This document shows positions 35,061-46,090 of a stretch of DNA of 64,000 bases, one piece after another. The notes under the pieces were generated by a model. The model was given only the letters and a program-made list of their open reading frames with translations, was not told the DNA's origin and ran no database searches. Origin of the DNA: an uncultured delta proteobacterium (GTDB lineage: Bacteria; Myxococcota; B64-G9); assembly GCA_963754925.1 (NCBI GenBank), contig CAVWHX010000009.1:96001-160000 (forward strand), given 5' to 3'. The translations under genes and the position numbers were made by a program. Each line of letters starts with the position of its first letter. Within the stretch, counting starts at the first letter, position 1.

Positions 35061-35115
35061 CTGTGGTTATCTTGAGGACGATATACCATCGGCAGGTAAC
35101 AAGGAGATAGGTTGA

Positions 35116-35856
35116 ATGAATTGCATGGTAACCGGTGTATCCCGCGGTATCGGGCGCGCAACGATTGCCGAATTGGTACGGCAGGGACACTCCGTGTGGG
35201 GGCTTTCGCGTACTGCAGTTTCCAACATTCTCGAAGAAGAGAAAAGACGATTCCGTCATTCTTTGTGCGATGTTGGTGATCAAGAGCACCGCAAACGTGT
35301 ATCCGAGGAAATGGACGCCGCGGGATTTTGCCCAGATGTTATCATCTTAAACGCAGCAATCGAATATGAAGAAGAGGAGACCGCCTTTTCCTGGGAGAAG
35401 ATGCAACAGGTACTACGTATTAATGTCGAAGGGGCTTTGTTCTGGATTTCCCATTGGATGGAACGTTATCCGCAGCGTTTCATACAATTCGTCGGACTTT
35501 CCTCATTATTCGCCATTTGGCCTGACGCGGATTGTCCTGCCTACAGTGCAAGCAAAGCGGCGCTCTCCATGGCGTTTCGTGGGCTTCGCCTGCGCTATAC
35601 TAAAAGACCTGTTACTTTTAAACTTTTATATCTAGGTCCCGTTCAAACCTCTATCAATCCACGTTTCGCTTCAAAAGGCTCAGCCGGTTGGCAAGTGGCG
35701 AAGCCTGAAGCAGTTGCTCGCTATATCGTAAATATTGTTCTTTCTAAACAGCGGCTCACCTTCTACTATCCTGCAATGATGGGGCTGTTGAGCTTGTTTG
35801 GTAAGTGGATCCCTGACTCATTTTTTGAATGCGTTACTCGCCCGTTACGCAGATAG
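35116..35856 (+). CDS. SDR family oxidoreductase
   Basis: TGVSRGIG, NAA, YSASK. Confidence 0.88.
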   Translation: MNCMVTGVSRGIGRATIAELVRQGHSVWGLSRTAVSNILEEEKRRFRHSLCDVGDQEHRKRVSEEMDAAGFCPDVIILNAAIEYEEEETAFSWEKMQQVLRINVEGALFWISHWMERYPQRFIQFVGLSSLFAIWPDADCPAYSASKAALSMAFRGLRLRYTKRPVTFKLLYLGPVQTSINPRFASKGSAGWQVAKPEAVARYIVNIVLSKQRLTFYYPAMMGLLSLFGKWIPDSFFECVTRPLRR

Positions 35857-35865
35857 GGAACCACC

Positions 35866-36591
35866 ATGGATAAAGGAACGCAACTTCCTGAATTGTCCAT
35901 CGTAATTTTATGTTATCATGCCGCGGCTATTGTGCGCGATCTAGTTTCGCAGGTGGAACGGGAGATGGAAGAAGCCGCGATTGATTATGAATTGGTCCTC
36001 GTCGGCAATTATTTGCCCAGCGATACGAAGGATCAAACACCAACAGTACTGAGGACGCTTGCGGCGGGTAAACCTCGCATTGTTTTGGTAATCAAAGAAA
36101 AAGAAGGCATGATGGGCTGGGATATGCGATCCGGCCTGGACGCCGCTACGGGACGCTACATCGCCGTAATCGACGGCGACGGGCAGATGCCGATGAGTGA
36201 TGTCATAAAAGTCTATCGCGTTCTGCAGGTAGGCAAATACGATTTAGTAAAAACATTCCGCGCACAGCGGTGGGACGGCTGGTATAGACGGACGGCTTCT
36301 GGGGTATACAATTTTCTCTTTCGATTGCTGTATCCAGCGGCGCATGTTTTCCGCGATATCAATTCTAAGCCCAAGGTGATGACGCGCGAGGCCCATCAGC
36401 GCATGCAGTTGGTATCAAACGATTGGTTCACCGACGCAGAAATAATGATTGAAGCGCTGCGAATCGGTCTTTCGGTTGGCGAGGTGTCTACGGTATTTTA
36501 CAAAAACGAGCGACGAGGAACCTTTGTGCGTTTTTCTACGGTTTTCGAGTTCCTGGGTAATTTGTTTTATTATCGCTTCATAAAAAAATAA
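35866..36591 (+). CDS. GT2 polyprenol-phosphate glycosyltransferase (DPM/GtrB-like)
   Basis: LSIVILCY, IDGDGQ, R.DG..R...S, DINS. Confidence 0.82.
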   Translation: MDKGTQLPELSIVILCYHAAAIVRDLVSQVEREMEEAAIDYELVLVGNYLPSDTKDQTPTVLRTLAAGKPRIVLVIKEKEGMMGWDMRSGLDAATGRYIAVIDGDGQMPMSDVIKVYRVLQVGKYDLVKTFRAQRWDGWYRRTASGVYNFLFRLLYPAAHVFRDINSKPKVMTREAHQRMQLVSNDWFTDAEIMIEALRIGLSVGEVSTVFYKNERRGTFVRFSTVFEFLGNLFYYRFIKK

Positions 36592-36669
36592 CCGTACCAT
36601 AGCTTAAGATATTCCTGGAGCAATAGATGTCATTTTATTTGAGATCACAAAAACTTATTCTTAATCTTT

Positions 36670-38217
36670 TTGCTCCTGATTAATATTAATAAAACGCTGC
36701 AAACCTTGACTATTATCGTTATATTAATCGCTAATTTCCGACTTCTTTTCGCATTCTTCCTATGGGATGATTTTCTTCTCTTGTACCAGATTTCCAACTG
36801 GCCTTTTCTTGACTTTATTTTCTCTAATTTTGGCGGCCATCTGTTTATCTTCAGGAATCTGGTTTACTATGGTATGCATACGATTTTTGGCGCTAATGCA
36901 GCTCCGTACCTCTTAACGGTGCTTCTTACTCATTTAGGCGCAGCATACATTCTATTTAAAATAATCCTCCTCATAGTAGAGAAACCATCATTGGCCGCCG
37001 CGGGCACGATGATCTGGGGAATATGCCCCGTTAACTATGCAACTCTATTGTGGTACGCGGCATTTGCTCAGATCCTTGTGGGTTTTTTCTTTTTATTAAT
37101 AGTATATGATCTTCTCAAAATTGAAAAAGGTTTAATTGCATTTTCAGCAAAAAGAGCCGTTCTTTGGTCATTCTACCTTTTCCTGATGTCAGCTTCCTAT
37201 GGTTCGGGGCTTGCCATTGCATGCTTGGCTCCCTTCGCGATAGTGATTATCCTCTGGAATGATGAAAAGAAATGGCGGATTTCCGCATCAGTGCTTCCCG
37301 TTATAGCTTTAATTTTATTGTTGTTTGTTTACAAGGACTCAATTTACGGATACGTAAGTGGAGAAGTGCAGGATACAAGACCTATCACTTTAATATTTGC
37401 TATTGGCTATTATCAAAGTATCTTAGAATTCTTCATCAGAATGTTTATGTACGCCATTTATTGTATGGCTGCTTTTCCCTTATTATTTTTCTCATCCGCA
37501 ATGAATAGCACAAATGATATGATTATTATGTCAATTCCAGTTATCGTGGTGTTGGTATTATATATTGTCTTATTTGCTCGCGCCGAAGGACGAAGATTTA
37601 GATTTTATACGGTTCTCGGAATATTTTTTCTTGTATTGGTAGGATTAACTGCTTATGGAAGGGCACCGATTTATGTTGTCTTTAATTCTCCTATTAGCTC
37701 CGCCGCGCTCACACCTCGCTATTATTACGTCCTTCTCATCGTTACTATATTAATTCTTGTATCTATGGCCGATGAGCTGTTCCGTATTTTACCAAAATTG
37801 TCTAAGGCACTAATTCCTTTAGTGTTTATTCTAATAGCGGCATCTTTGTATCCCGGTATTATTTTGGGAGATACCATTGATCCCCTTATTAAAGATACGA
37901 AACAGCATGAAAAGAGTCTTTATTATAATACGCTTAATGATATTGAAACTTTTATTAGATCGCATCCGATTGGCTCCACTGTTTTTATAGACAATAGAAT
38001 GAACGATAAGTTTCACTTTCTTGATAATAATGACATGACATTTCCCGGCAAAGCTGCCGTATTTTCGATCAAACACTTTAGAAATACCTTTGAGGGTAGA
38101 AGAATATATTTTGTTGAAGATGATTGTCAGGTAGCTGACCAACTCATAAAAAAAGATAAGTGGCGTATTTCTTCACTTATTGTGTCCGCATGTGATGTTG
38201 AAAAGAAAAGTCATTAA
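36670..38217 (+). CDS. Polytopic membrane protein, probable GT-C-fold glycosyltransferase
   Basis: About 12 TM segments; WDDF motif after TM1; RYY near the C-terminal TMs; follows a DPM-like GT2. Start uncertain. Confidence 0.6.
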   Translation: MLLININKTLQTLTIIVILIANFRLLFAFFLWDDFLLLYQISNWPFLDFIFSNFGGHLFIFRNLVYYGMHTIFGANAAPYLLTVLLTHLGAAYILFKIILLIVEKPSLAAAGTMIWGICPVNYATLLWYAAFAQILVGFFFLLIVYDLLKIEKGLIAFSAKRAVLWSFYLFLMSASYGSGLAIACLAPFAIVIILWNDEKKWRISASVLPVIALILLLFVYKDSIYGYVSGEVQDTRPITLIFAIGYYQSILEFFIRMFMYAIYCMAAFPLLFFSSAMNSTNDMIIMSIPVIVVLVLYIVLFARAEGRRFRFYTVLGIFFLVLVGLTAYGRAPIYVVFNSPISSAALTPRYYYVLLIVTILILVSMADELFRILPKLSKALIPLVFILIAASLYPGIILGDTIDPLIKDTKQHEKSLYYNTLNDIETFIRSHPIGSTVFIDNRMNDKFHFLDNNDMTFPGKAAVFSIKHFRNTFEGRRIYFVEDDCQVADQLIKKDKWRISSLIVSACDVEKKSH

Positions 38218-38563
38218 CTTGTCGTACTTGACAAACGCGTTTTTTAGGAATGAATATTTTATTTGTTCCATGTATATTCACATTCGGGCATCTACCGGTG
38301 GTGTCCTATCTGAACGAGGCCATTTTTCCGGAACGGTCAGAACTAAATCTGGTTTTCTATCCAAAGGTATTCCTCATCCTATCCACGTCCATCGTGCTCT
38401 CCCATATGTCCTACCGCTAAATAGAAAGATCGTTTCTCCGGATCAAGGATAAGATCTGATCTCCGTTTTGCATCGGCGCCTCTTCTCATAAAAATTAGTG
38501 TTCACCCCTGGAAGTTATAAAACGTCGTGTACAGTTAGGAAATTTTTGTATTGACAAAAGCCT

Positions 38564-39781
38564 TTGACAAATCGCATCCTATCGGTCGAGTTATATAGAA
38601 TTGAGTGCTCATTCTTGAAAAAACTTCTCGCACTACTGAATCCTCTGCCACCCACGAGTGGCGGGAAAGTCATAGATGAGTTTACATCGGCAAGAGGATG
38701 GGCAATAACTCTCGTGCTACTGTTTCATTTGTTTGGAACCATCTATGGATACGGAGCAATACCGGATGCCCCAGTATATCTATCGATACTTCTGAACGGC
38801 AATACGGGAGTAACCCTGTTCTTTGTAATAAGCGGGTATATGCTCAGTTTTCCTTTTTTCAGTACGAACGCCCCGTCAATTAAGCAATTTTACTGGAATC
38901 GTATCTTTCGCATCATGCCGTTGTATGGCCTTATAGTCATTGTCTGGTCTCTTCATTTACAGAACTGCTGGCAGGGAATTCGGGCGCTTCTATTTTACGA
39001 TCTGCGTATTAACCAATTATGGCCATTCGGCGTAGTTTGGTGGAGCCTTGGAGTCGAGGTTCAATATTACGCGCTACTGCCTTTTGTTATGTATGTATTT
39101 TGCCGGAAAAGAAATTACGTTTTGGCCCTCCTTTTCTTCACGGTATTGGTCGCCGGATACTGGATAGCTCTTACCACGCTACAGCAGAACGTGTACAATA
39201 CTTTTTTCAATTTAAAAGATAATATCATTGGTCGTTGGCCATGCTTTTTATCCGGTATTCTGCTCGCATGGTTCAACATCGGTCATGGGAGTTCGTTGAG
39301 GAAGTTGACCTCGGGTGCAGTATGTAAAAAGGTTTTTTTGGGTGACATCCTCATGGTTGCTATTATCGGCGCGCTAATATTCATCGCGGTGAAGATAACC
39401 CATACGATGGGAGTGATGGTTGCCCATGTTGGGTGGTTTCAACATTACGCTATTGAGGCATTCTTGTGGGCATGTTTCCTTTTCGTCCTTACAAACTTTG
39501 ATCTCCGGTGCCGCCGTTTGTTTGTCAATCCTATAATGGACGTTCTCGGCGTGCTATCCTATTCCATGTATCTTCTTCATCCATACTTATTGAATAAAAA
39601 TATTATCGCCCCATTATTATCAAACCCGAACTTTTTTATGTCTATCGATATTCGTGGATACAAATACATTGCGCTCTTCTTTATTCTCACGTTTGTCTTT
39701 TCTCTTATGACCTATCTATTAATTGAAAGACCATTCCTTATTTTAAAATCACGTCTTCGAGGAAAACTTGTGGATCGTTAA
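38564..39781 (+). CDS. Acyltransferase-3 family O-acyltransferase
   Basis: ARGWAITLVLLFH, GVTLFFVISG, RIFRIMP, WSLGVEVQYY, SYSMYLLH, IERPF. True start may be downstream. Confidence 0.88.
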   Translation: MTNRILSVELYRIECSFLKKLLALLNPLPPTSGGKVIDEFTSARGWAITLVLLFHLFGTIYGYGAIPDAPVYLSILLNGNTGVTLFFVISGYMLSFPFFSTNAPSIKQFYWNRIFRIMPLYGLIVIVWSLHLQNCWQGIRALLFYDLRINQLWPFGVVWWSLGVEVQYYALLPFVMYVFCRKRNYVLALLFFTVLVAGYWIALTTLQQNVYNTFFNLKDNIIGRWPCFLSGILLAWFNIGHGSSLRKLTSGAVCKKVFLGDILMVAIIGALIFIAVKITHTMGVMVAHVGWFQHYAIEAFLWACFLFVLTNFDLRCRRLFVNPIMDVLGVLSYSMYLLHPYLLNKNIIAPLLSNPNFFMSIDIRGYKYIALFFILTFVFSLMTYLLIERPFLILKSRLRGKLVDR

Positions 39782-39880
39782 CTAATGTTGTAACCGGCTT
39801 CCTAATACCAATAAGTTCAGTTAGAAGACGCCATATTCCCCATTCATTATGAACAAGTAAAAATCAAATAGAGAAGATTA

Positions 39881-40861
39881 TTAACGCGCATATGAACAGT
39901 ATATGGATGGCTGGAGTTTCATAAAAACTCGTAAATTATAGAACTCATCGTTCTCATAGTTACCAAAGTATTTAATATTATCAAATAAGTTATCAATAAT
40001 ATCACTAATTCTGTATAATGGTTGAAACCCAAGATATGTTTTCGCTTTTTCGATAGTTACCTTGTAATTTCTTAGGTCCTGAATATTTTTGATATTCAGA
40101 CTGATTTTTTCTTTGGTCTTTTTTTCAAATTCGTGTTTTACAAGATCTGCCATCTGACCGACCGTATAATTGTCTGAGCAGGTGTTGAATACCCCATTTA
40201 TGGAGTGATGAGCTTGTACCGCCCGAACAAAAGCATTGGCCGCGTCACGGATATCAAGGATTGGTCGCCAAATTGATGGATTATTGACCGTTATGCATTT
40301 CTCTTTGATGGCCGTCTTGAACATGGTATTAACAACAAGATCAAACCGCATGCGCGGACTGAACCCGCAAATGGTTCCCTGTCTAATTGCAATAACGGAA
40401 AATTTCTCATCCTGCATTTGAAGAACGCCCCGTTCGCCTTGAAGCTTGGATATGCCATAGGGATAGTTGCTGATAGCAGGCGATTCCTCATCGTAGAGGC
40501 GATCGACTGTGTACCCGTATACCGAGCAAGAGGAGGCATAAATAAAACGCTGAACTCCGGCCCTCTTTGCCTCATACGCCAGGTACGACGGCAACGCACC
40601 GTTGTCGATGAAATTCTTCGCCGGACTGAGTTCCGCCATAGGGTCGTTAGAAAGGCCAGCGAGAAAAATTACTTGGTCATAGCCTCTCAAATCTTCTTCG
40701 GTACAGCTGAAGAGATCCTTTTTGATGACTTTTACATCTTTTGGAAGATAGTTGCCAAACCAGAGTAAGTCGATCACTTCCACGTCATAACCATGATCGA
40801 CAAAAACAGGGGCAAGCACCGAACCGAGATACCCTGCGCCTCCGGCTAAGAGAATCTTCAT
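39881..40861 (-). CDS. NAD-dependent epimerase/dehydratase
   Basis: GGAGYLG, ASSCSVYG, YGISK, RFDLVVN. Confidence 0.9.
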   Translation of the reverse strand: MKILLAGGAGYLGSVLAPVFVDHGYDVEVIDLLWFGNYLPKDVKVIKKDLFSCTEEDLRGYDQVIFLAGLSNDPMAELSPAKNFIDNGALPSYLAYEAKRAGVQRFIYASSCSVYGYTVDRLYDEESPAISNYPYGISKLQGERGVLQMQDEKFSVIAIRQGTICGFSPRMRFDLVVNTMFKTAIKEKCITVNNPSIWRPILDIRDAANAFVRAVQAHHSINGVFNTCSDNYTVGQMADLVKHEFEKKTKEKISLNIKNIQDLRNYKVTIEKAKTYLGFQPLYRISDIIDNLFDNIKYFGNYENDEFYNLRVFMKLQPSIYCSYAR

Positions 40862-40888
40862 AGTATGTCACTCCTCAACTGCAAAAGG

Positions 40889-41618
40889 TTACACCGACTG
40901 TTTCTTGTTAACAAGACCGCTATACAATTCACAGTTTAGGGATGTATCCGCGGGTACCTTGAAACCCACCTCATGAATCTTCAGTTGTTGTATGTCTCTT
41001 CTCGTATCAAGACTCTTTGCGTATTCGAACACGGATTTTCTTTTTCCACCCACATGGACGGTTCCGGTAAAGTCCTTATCGAGGAGTTCCGCAATCATTC
41101 GGGCCGTCGTCGATACGCTCTCGCGGCTGGTCCATTGATCCACGAAAGCTTTTTCATACGGAAATACATTGGGTCCAAATGTCGTCCGAATGATTATTGA
41201 ATTATCGTACAATCGCACCGCGCATTCGCCGCCAAGTTTTGACCACGCGTATTTGTTGACGGGCAATACCGGATCGTCTTCCTTGTAGTTTCCCTTGTCG
41301 CCTTTGAATACATAATCCGTGCAAATGTATATCAATTTCATTTTATATTTCATGCATAACTTAACAACGTTCGCCGTGCCGATGATATTAACATCTATTG
41401 CTAGAAGCGGATCCTTATCGATTTTCGGGGGAGAGGTGAAAGCGGCGGCATGAACGACCGTGGACCAAGTCCCCTTAATAAGATATCGATCTATCTGCCC
41501 AAAGTTTGTTATATCAAACTCAGCCTTCGAGGGATAATGCATATCTGGCATGAATTTCTTAAAATTCGGAACCCAAAAGTCCGCTGCCGCCGATAAATAG
41601 AATTTTCTTTTGATTCAT
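40889..41618 (-). CDS. RmlD-like sugar-nucleotide reductase, frameshift in a T4 run ~41562
   Basis: True start MNQKKILFIGGSGLLGSEF lies upstream in another frame; HAAAFT, TDYVF and YAWSK motifs. Confidence 0.82.
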
Positions 41619-41631
41619 TACTGCGACCGCC

Positions 41632-42270
41632 CTAACATTTTCCATAGATAAAATTCTCAGAGCGACTGTCTTTCACCCATGTTTCGATCGAAAATCCATT
41701 TCTATCCTTACTCGTTATCAAAGCCGTGCTCTTCGCTATTGAATCAAATTCCCTCTTCAAAGAACGGTCGGCGCTGGACCAATTGATATCTTTAGCGAGC
41801 GGAGATATGGACGCTTCGCACCCCTGACTATACTCACCGGTACAGAAGTATTCTATTTGGCTCTCTTCTGTGAAAAAATTGCCATGAGCAAACCCGGGAG
41901 GTATCCAAATCCACTCATTGTAATCTTTTTCAAGAGCCGCCGGCATATCATACATAGAAGCCATCCCAAACGTGGGCGAGCCCTTACGGATGTCGAGCAT
42001 AAGGTCGACCATGCGGCCGCGTACGGTGCGGACCAGTTTACCCATGAACGGGTTCCACTGAAAATGAAGGCCACGAATGGCCAGGGCATGCGAATAACTT
42101 TCGTTTACCTGGACGAACTCGACTCCCTTCATAAATTCCATTTCGGGTTTACCGAAATAATCGCTCTTGCGAAACGACTCGGTAAAGTATCCGCGTTGAT
42201 CGCAGAATCGCATAAAACGAATAACCTTTATATCGGGGATATTGAAGCTATTTATTGATATTATTTTCAT
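41632..42270 (-). CDS. rfbC: dTDP-4-dehydrorhamnose 3,5-epimerase family
   Basis: DQRGYFTE, RGLHFQ, DIRKGSPTFG, IPPGFAHG. Confidence 0.88.
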   Translation of the reverse strand: MKIISINSFNIPDIKVIRFMRFCDQRGYFTESFRKSDYFGKPEMEFMKGVEFVQVNESYSHALAIRGLHFQWNPFMGKLVRTVRGRMVDLMLDIRKGSPTFGMASMYDMPAALEKDYNEWIWIPPGFAHGNFFTEESQIEYFCTGEYSQGCEASISPLAKDINWSSADRSLKREFDSIAKSTALITSKDRNGFSIETWVKDSRSENFIYGKC

Positions 42271-42329
42271 TTAGCTCTCTATCGCGTCAAGCATACTCAT
42301 TGATTGCGGCTGTGGCTTCTCTATCCTCG

Positions 42330-44096
42330 TCAAAAAATATCGCTTTTCTTCAAGTCTTCGGGGATCTCCTCGATTTTATAGCCTTCCGGCCAGCCTTCAT
42401 AATACTCCCTGAATAGGTCAATATCCGTGAATCTGTTCTGCCATCCCCGGTTATGAATAATATCGTCCACGGGCCACTTGAGCCGAGCACGCTCAAAGCT
42501 TGTTTTCCAACAAAGATCAAAATCAAGCTTATGAATGTGCATCAACATCAAATCGGTATCTAAATTTAGGTGCAAATTATCGACGGTATGGAATCCAACG
42601 TCCCAGTTCAACGGCTGCCGAGCGATGAGCGTCTTATTATACCATTCGGTTCGATACATGAACATTCGTTGTGATAAAACGGATCCCGATGCGTTATACG
42701 GTTCTTCCCTGAGAGGTACGTGAATTAAATCATATCCTATACATCTAACGAAACTATTATCCAACTTTTGAATATAGTCATCCAATCCCTTATATTTATT
42801 AACATCAGCGATAATAATCTCATCCACGTCGGTAAATATCACATATTCATAATGGTCAAGAAGCCGTTTTTGCACATTGACTGCGACATACTTAAACCAA
42901 ATGTGATCGAAACTGAAAGGATAATCAAGGCGTACGGTATTGAATGTGAAGTCATCCAAACATTTCTGCACGCTACCGTTGGTGCTCCGGTGGTCGAAAA
43001 CGTAGATATCGGCTCCATCGATGTATCGGCTATAATATTTTAGCCAGATGGGTAAAAAAACATTTTCATTCTTTACCATAACAAAAATGGCGCATTTTTT
43101 CTTTGCGGCTGTTTTGGGTGGCAGCGGCATGGTTTCCAGAGTCTTGAGGGTGGTCATATAATACTGATGTCTGTCTGCGGGTATGGAGAAATCGAGATTT
43201 CCGTTTCCCCCGGCGGCCACGTCGGATTTTTTCGCATCAAGGGACCTGACGCGCGTGCGATGAACTAATCTTCTCCGCAGAGTATTTTTCGGCGCGAATG
43301 AATCGATACATTTGAGCACGAGCGAACCGTATTTCAACTCGGAAGAAGAAGAAATCCTTGATTTAAAGTCTTCGAACTCAGCTTTCACCTGATTCATTCT
43401 CGCTTCGGCGAGAAGGCGCTGGCCAAGGGAATTGAAAAGTTTAGAAATGAATCGGTCTGAATTGGCCTCACGCAAAAACTCGATGAAGTCCTCCGCTACC
43501 TTATCGCCGACCGCCGCCGCTCCTAAACCGCAACCGTGCACGAACTCGAAGCTGGGATAGGTTTGGGATATTTCTTCCCACAATTTCCAGACCTCAAAGC
43601 CATCGTCTCTGATAAACGTATCATGAAAAACCATGACGCCACTCGAAGACATTTTGGGGCGCCAGGATAAAAATTCGTTCTTGACGTCTTCATATCGGTG
43701 TGAGCTATCGATAATGAGCAAATCGATACATCCGTCATTGAAACGGGTGAGCGCATCGGTGACGTTCATTCGCAGGAGTTGAGAAAACTCGCGATACTCC
43801 CTCAGATTGTAATCGTTTAGTTCCTCATATGTCTTTTCATTTGCTTCGCCAGAATGGGCGTCGTCCTGCCAGGTGTCAATCCCGTAGCACCTCGTGGCCA
43901 ATCTCATCGTTTTGACAGCCTGGCAAAATGCGCTATACGACTGCCCGTTGCCCACGCCGAGCATAACCGCCGCCTTCGGTTTTAAAACACTTATAAGGAA
44001 GAAGGCGAACGGGATATGCATTACCCACAACGAGGAATCTACTAATGACCTTTTAGGGGTACCGAAAATGATTGGATGTTTTGATGGGATCATCAT
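42330..44096 (-). CDS. Class I SAM methyltransferase-like domain fused to a GT-A (GT2-like) glycosyltransferase
   Basis: HIPFAF...G.SY..FCQ...IDTW...FHD (Methyltransf_24-like); C-terminal MVKNE..FLPIW...DHRSTNGS...TDVDE. Confidence 0.75.
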   Translation of the reverse strand: MMIPSKHPIIFGTPKRSLVDSSLWVMHIPFAFFLISVLKPKAAVMLGVGNGQSYSAFCQAVKTMRLATRCYGIDTWQDDAHSGEANEKTYEELNDYNLREYREFSQLLRMNVTDALTRFNDGCIDLLIIDSSHRYEDVKNEFLSWRPKMSSSGVMVFHDTFIRDDGFEVWKLWEEISQTYPSFEFVHGCGLGAAAVGDKVAEDFIEFLREANSDRFISKLFNSLGQRLLAEARMNQVKAEFEDFKSRISSSSELKYGSLVLKCIDSFAPKNTLRRRLVHRTRVRSLDAKKSDVAAGGNGNLDFSIPADRHQYYMTTLKTLETMPLPPKTAAKKKCAIFVMVKNENVFLPIWLKYYSRYIDGADIYVFDHRSTNGSVQKCLDDFTFNTVRLDYPFSFDHIWFKYVAVNVQKRLLDHYEYVIFTDVDEIIIADVNKYKGLDDYIQKLDNSFVRCIGYDLIHVPLREEPYNASGSVLSQRMFMYRTEWYNKTLIARQPLNWDVGFHTVDNLHLNLDTDLMLMHIHKLDFDLCWKTSFERARLKWPVDDIIHNRGWQNRFTDIDLFREYYEGWPEGYKIEEIPEDLKKSDIF

Positions 44097-44172
44097 TTTA
44101 TTTTTCGTTGCTTACTGCTTTATATTTTTCAAACCGCCGCGGCAGCCTTAGCAGCATATCAAAACGACCGAC

Positions 44173-45294
44173 TCATAACGTGTTAGAACTGTCCCTCGTT
44201 TGGGAACGCTGCGATCTTCTTGCAACGTCATGAATCTTCTCGACCGATAGTTTAAACGGACGCATTACGGTGCGCAAGACCCGCGTCATTCGCCAAGAGC
44301 GGGAGTTCAAGATATTTTCGAGACTGCCTTTCAGGCACCCGCGCTCCATACGCTCGGCTTCCAAGCAAACCGATAATTCTTTTTGTTGCGCCATAATCTG
44401 CTGACAATTGGCTTCCGACCGCGCTAACGCATCGTGAGCGATTCGGCTATCTTGAATCTTTTCGTTCTCCAATCTTTTACACTCGTTTTCTAATCTAAGC
44501 CGTTCATGCTCCAATCGTGCAAACTCGCCATGTGCAAAACAGACGTCCTTGACCCGTTCGAGTTCCAAAAACGCAAGTAGTGTTTTGAGTCCTTCGGTAC
44601 TCTGCCAACGATTAATGAGGACCATGAGAGCCATGTTTAATTGCAGTTTTTTGGGGATCAGAATGGCAAGCCCGAATAGGATCGGTGTGGTGTAAAGGGT
44701 TCCAATTTTGGAGCTTTCAAGAAAATCTTCCACAGCGGTTAACACTCCATTGCGGGGCCCACCTTCTTGCAGCGCATTGAAATACCAGGGGTTAAGACCT
44801 CCCGTGTCAACTAAGCCGCCGACTTCCGGTATAACTCCCTTCTGCGCGTAAGGTTGGACATACTCGGCAGGCAGGGTCTCAGGCGCATAGTAAAGATCGC
44901 GTCGACCGTACGGCCATGAGATGTCATGAAAGAAGATCAGTGGAAACTCAGAACCAGTATCGCGGGCAACGATTTCAAGCTGCTTGAGCTCGTTGAAAAC
45001 CGTGTACCAGTTGTGATCTCCGTCTATCAATACGACATCAGCGCTTTGCAGATGCGGAAGTACTTCAAGGCTTAGGCAACGATGCGCGGTAACCACCTCA
45101 CCATAACGCGCCCGCGCTGAAACAAAATCAAACTTTGGGTTTGGATCGATAGCGTCCAAGTGGCCGTTCACGGAGGCGCAATACTCGATGAGGCGTTGGG
45201 TGTGATGCCCATAGTCGACCCCGATTTCGACGATCCGCTTTGCCTCAACCGCGCGAAATATCGGCTCTATTATCAAGGTCCAAAACCTAAACAT
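44173..45294 (-). CDS. Class I SAM methyltransferase with C-terminal coiled coil
   Basis: VEIG, IDGDHNWYTV, FHD; heptad region RLEHERLRLENECKRLENEK; SRSWRMT..LR tail. Confidence 0.8.
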   Translation of the reverse strand: MFRFWTLIIEPIFRAVEAKRIVEIGVDYGHHTQRLIEYCASVNGHLDAIDPNPKFDFVSARARYGEVVTAHRCLSLEVLPHLQSADVVLIDGDHNWYTVFNELKQLEIVARDTGSEFPLIFFHDISWPYGRRDLYYAPETLPAEYVQPYAQKGVIPEVGGLVDTGGLNPWYFNALQEGGPRNGVLTAVEDFLESSKIGTLYTTPILFGLAILIPKKLQLNMALMVLINRWQSTEGLKTLLAFLELERVKDVCFAHGEFARLEHERLRLENECKRLENEKIQDSRIAHDALARSEANCQQIMAQQKELSVCLEAERMERGCLKGSLENILNSRSWRMTRVLRTVMRPFKLSVEKIHDVARRSQRSQTRDSSNTL

Positions 45295-45388
45295 GCAGAC
45301 CTCGTCTGGCGTAATATAATATAGAAAATATCGTAGCTCTGATACATTGTTTAGACATGAGCACTATCATTTGGGTGCTAAAAGTCGG

Positions 45389-45937
45389 TTATTTTAATGT
45401 AATCAGTAATTGTCTAACCAAGGCTTTCAAATTCATTCGTGGTTTGCGGAACACTCCGATATTGTCAGTGAATTTGACCCATTCGGGGGAACTATCATCT
45501 ATTCTGTAAGTACTTGAGTCGAGTTCCTCCACCGACAGGCCGCCGTATCTTGCAAATGCATTCATTGAGTCCGGCAAGAAACGCCAGCAGTCGACCGGAT
45601 AACGGTGTTCAAACATGTTCTGGGTAAGTATCAAAATCGCCAAGCCGCCTGGCCGTAGGATGCGAACCATTTCCATCCACGTTAGCCAGAAAAATTCGAT
45701 ATGTTCGAACGCCTGGCCCGAGATAACAACGTCCACCGAGGAGCGGCCGAGGGGAAAACGATAGGAGTCTTTCAATACGATATCGACGTTTTTCCCAGGG
45801 GCAACATCAATGCCGATGTAGCGCCAGTGCGCACTTTGAAAAATTTGTCGGTAACTGCCGTTGACATCCATGCTTCCCACGTCAGCGATGGTGGTCGGGC
45901 GCTGCTCATCCAAATATTTTTCTACACAGCGCTTCAT
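45389..45937 (-). CDS. Class I SAM methyltransferase (Methyltransf_11-like)
   Basis: DVGSMDVNGSY, SGQAFEHIEFFW, EHRYPVDCWRF. Confidence 0.85.
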   Translation of the reverse strand: MKRCVEKYLDEQRPTTIADVGSMDVNGSYRQIFQSAHWRYIGIDVAPGKNVDIVLKDSYRFPLGRSSVDVVISGQAFEHIEFFWLTWMEMVRILRPGGLAILILTQNMFEHRYPVDCWRFLPDSMNAFARYGGLSVEELDSSTYRIDDSSPEWVKFTDNIGVFRKPRMNLKALVRQLLITLK

Positions 45938-46090
45938 TGCATCGTAAGATTCTGGGTGCGTAGGGTTTTCCTCGATTTAATTATTATTACGTTAATAACA
46001 AAATAGAAGGATACCAGTGGGAAAATTTAGATGCAATAGTAATTTTGAGAAGCGAACACAACCGCCCGGCCGGGACACTTCGTCAGATTT

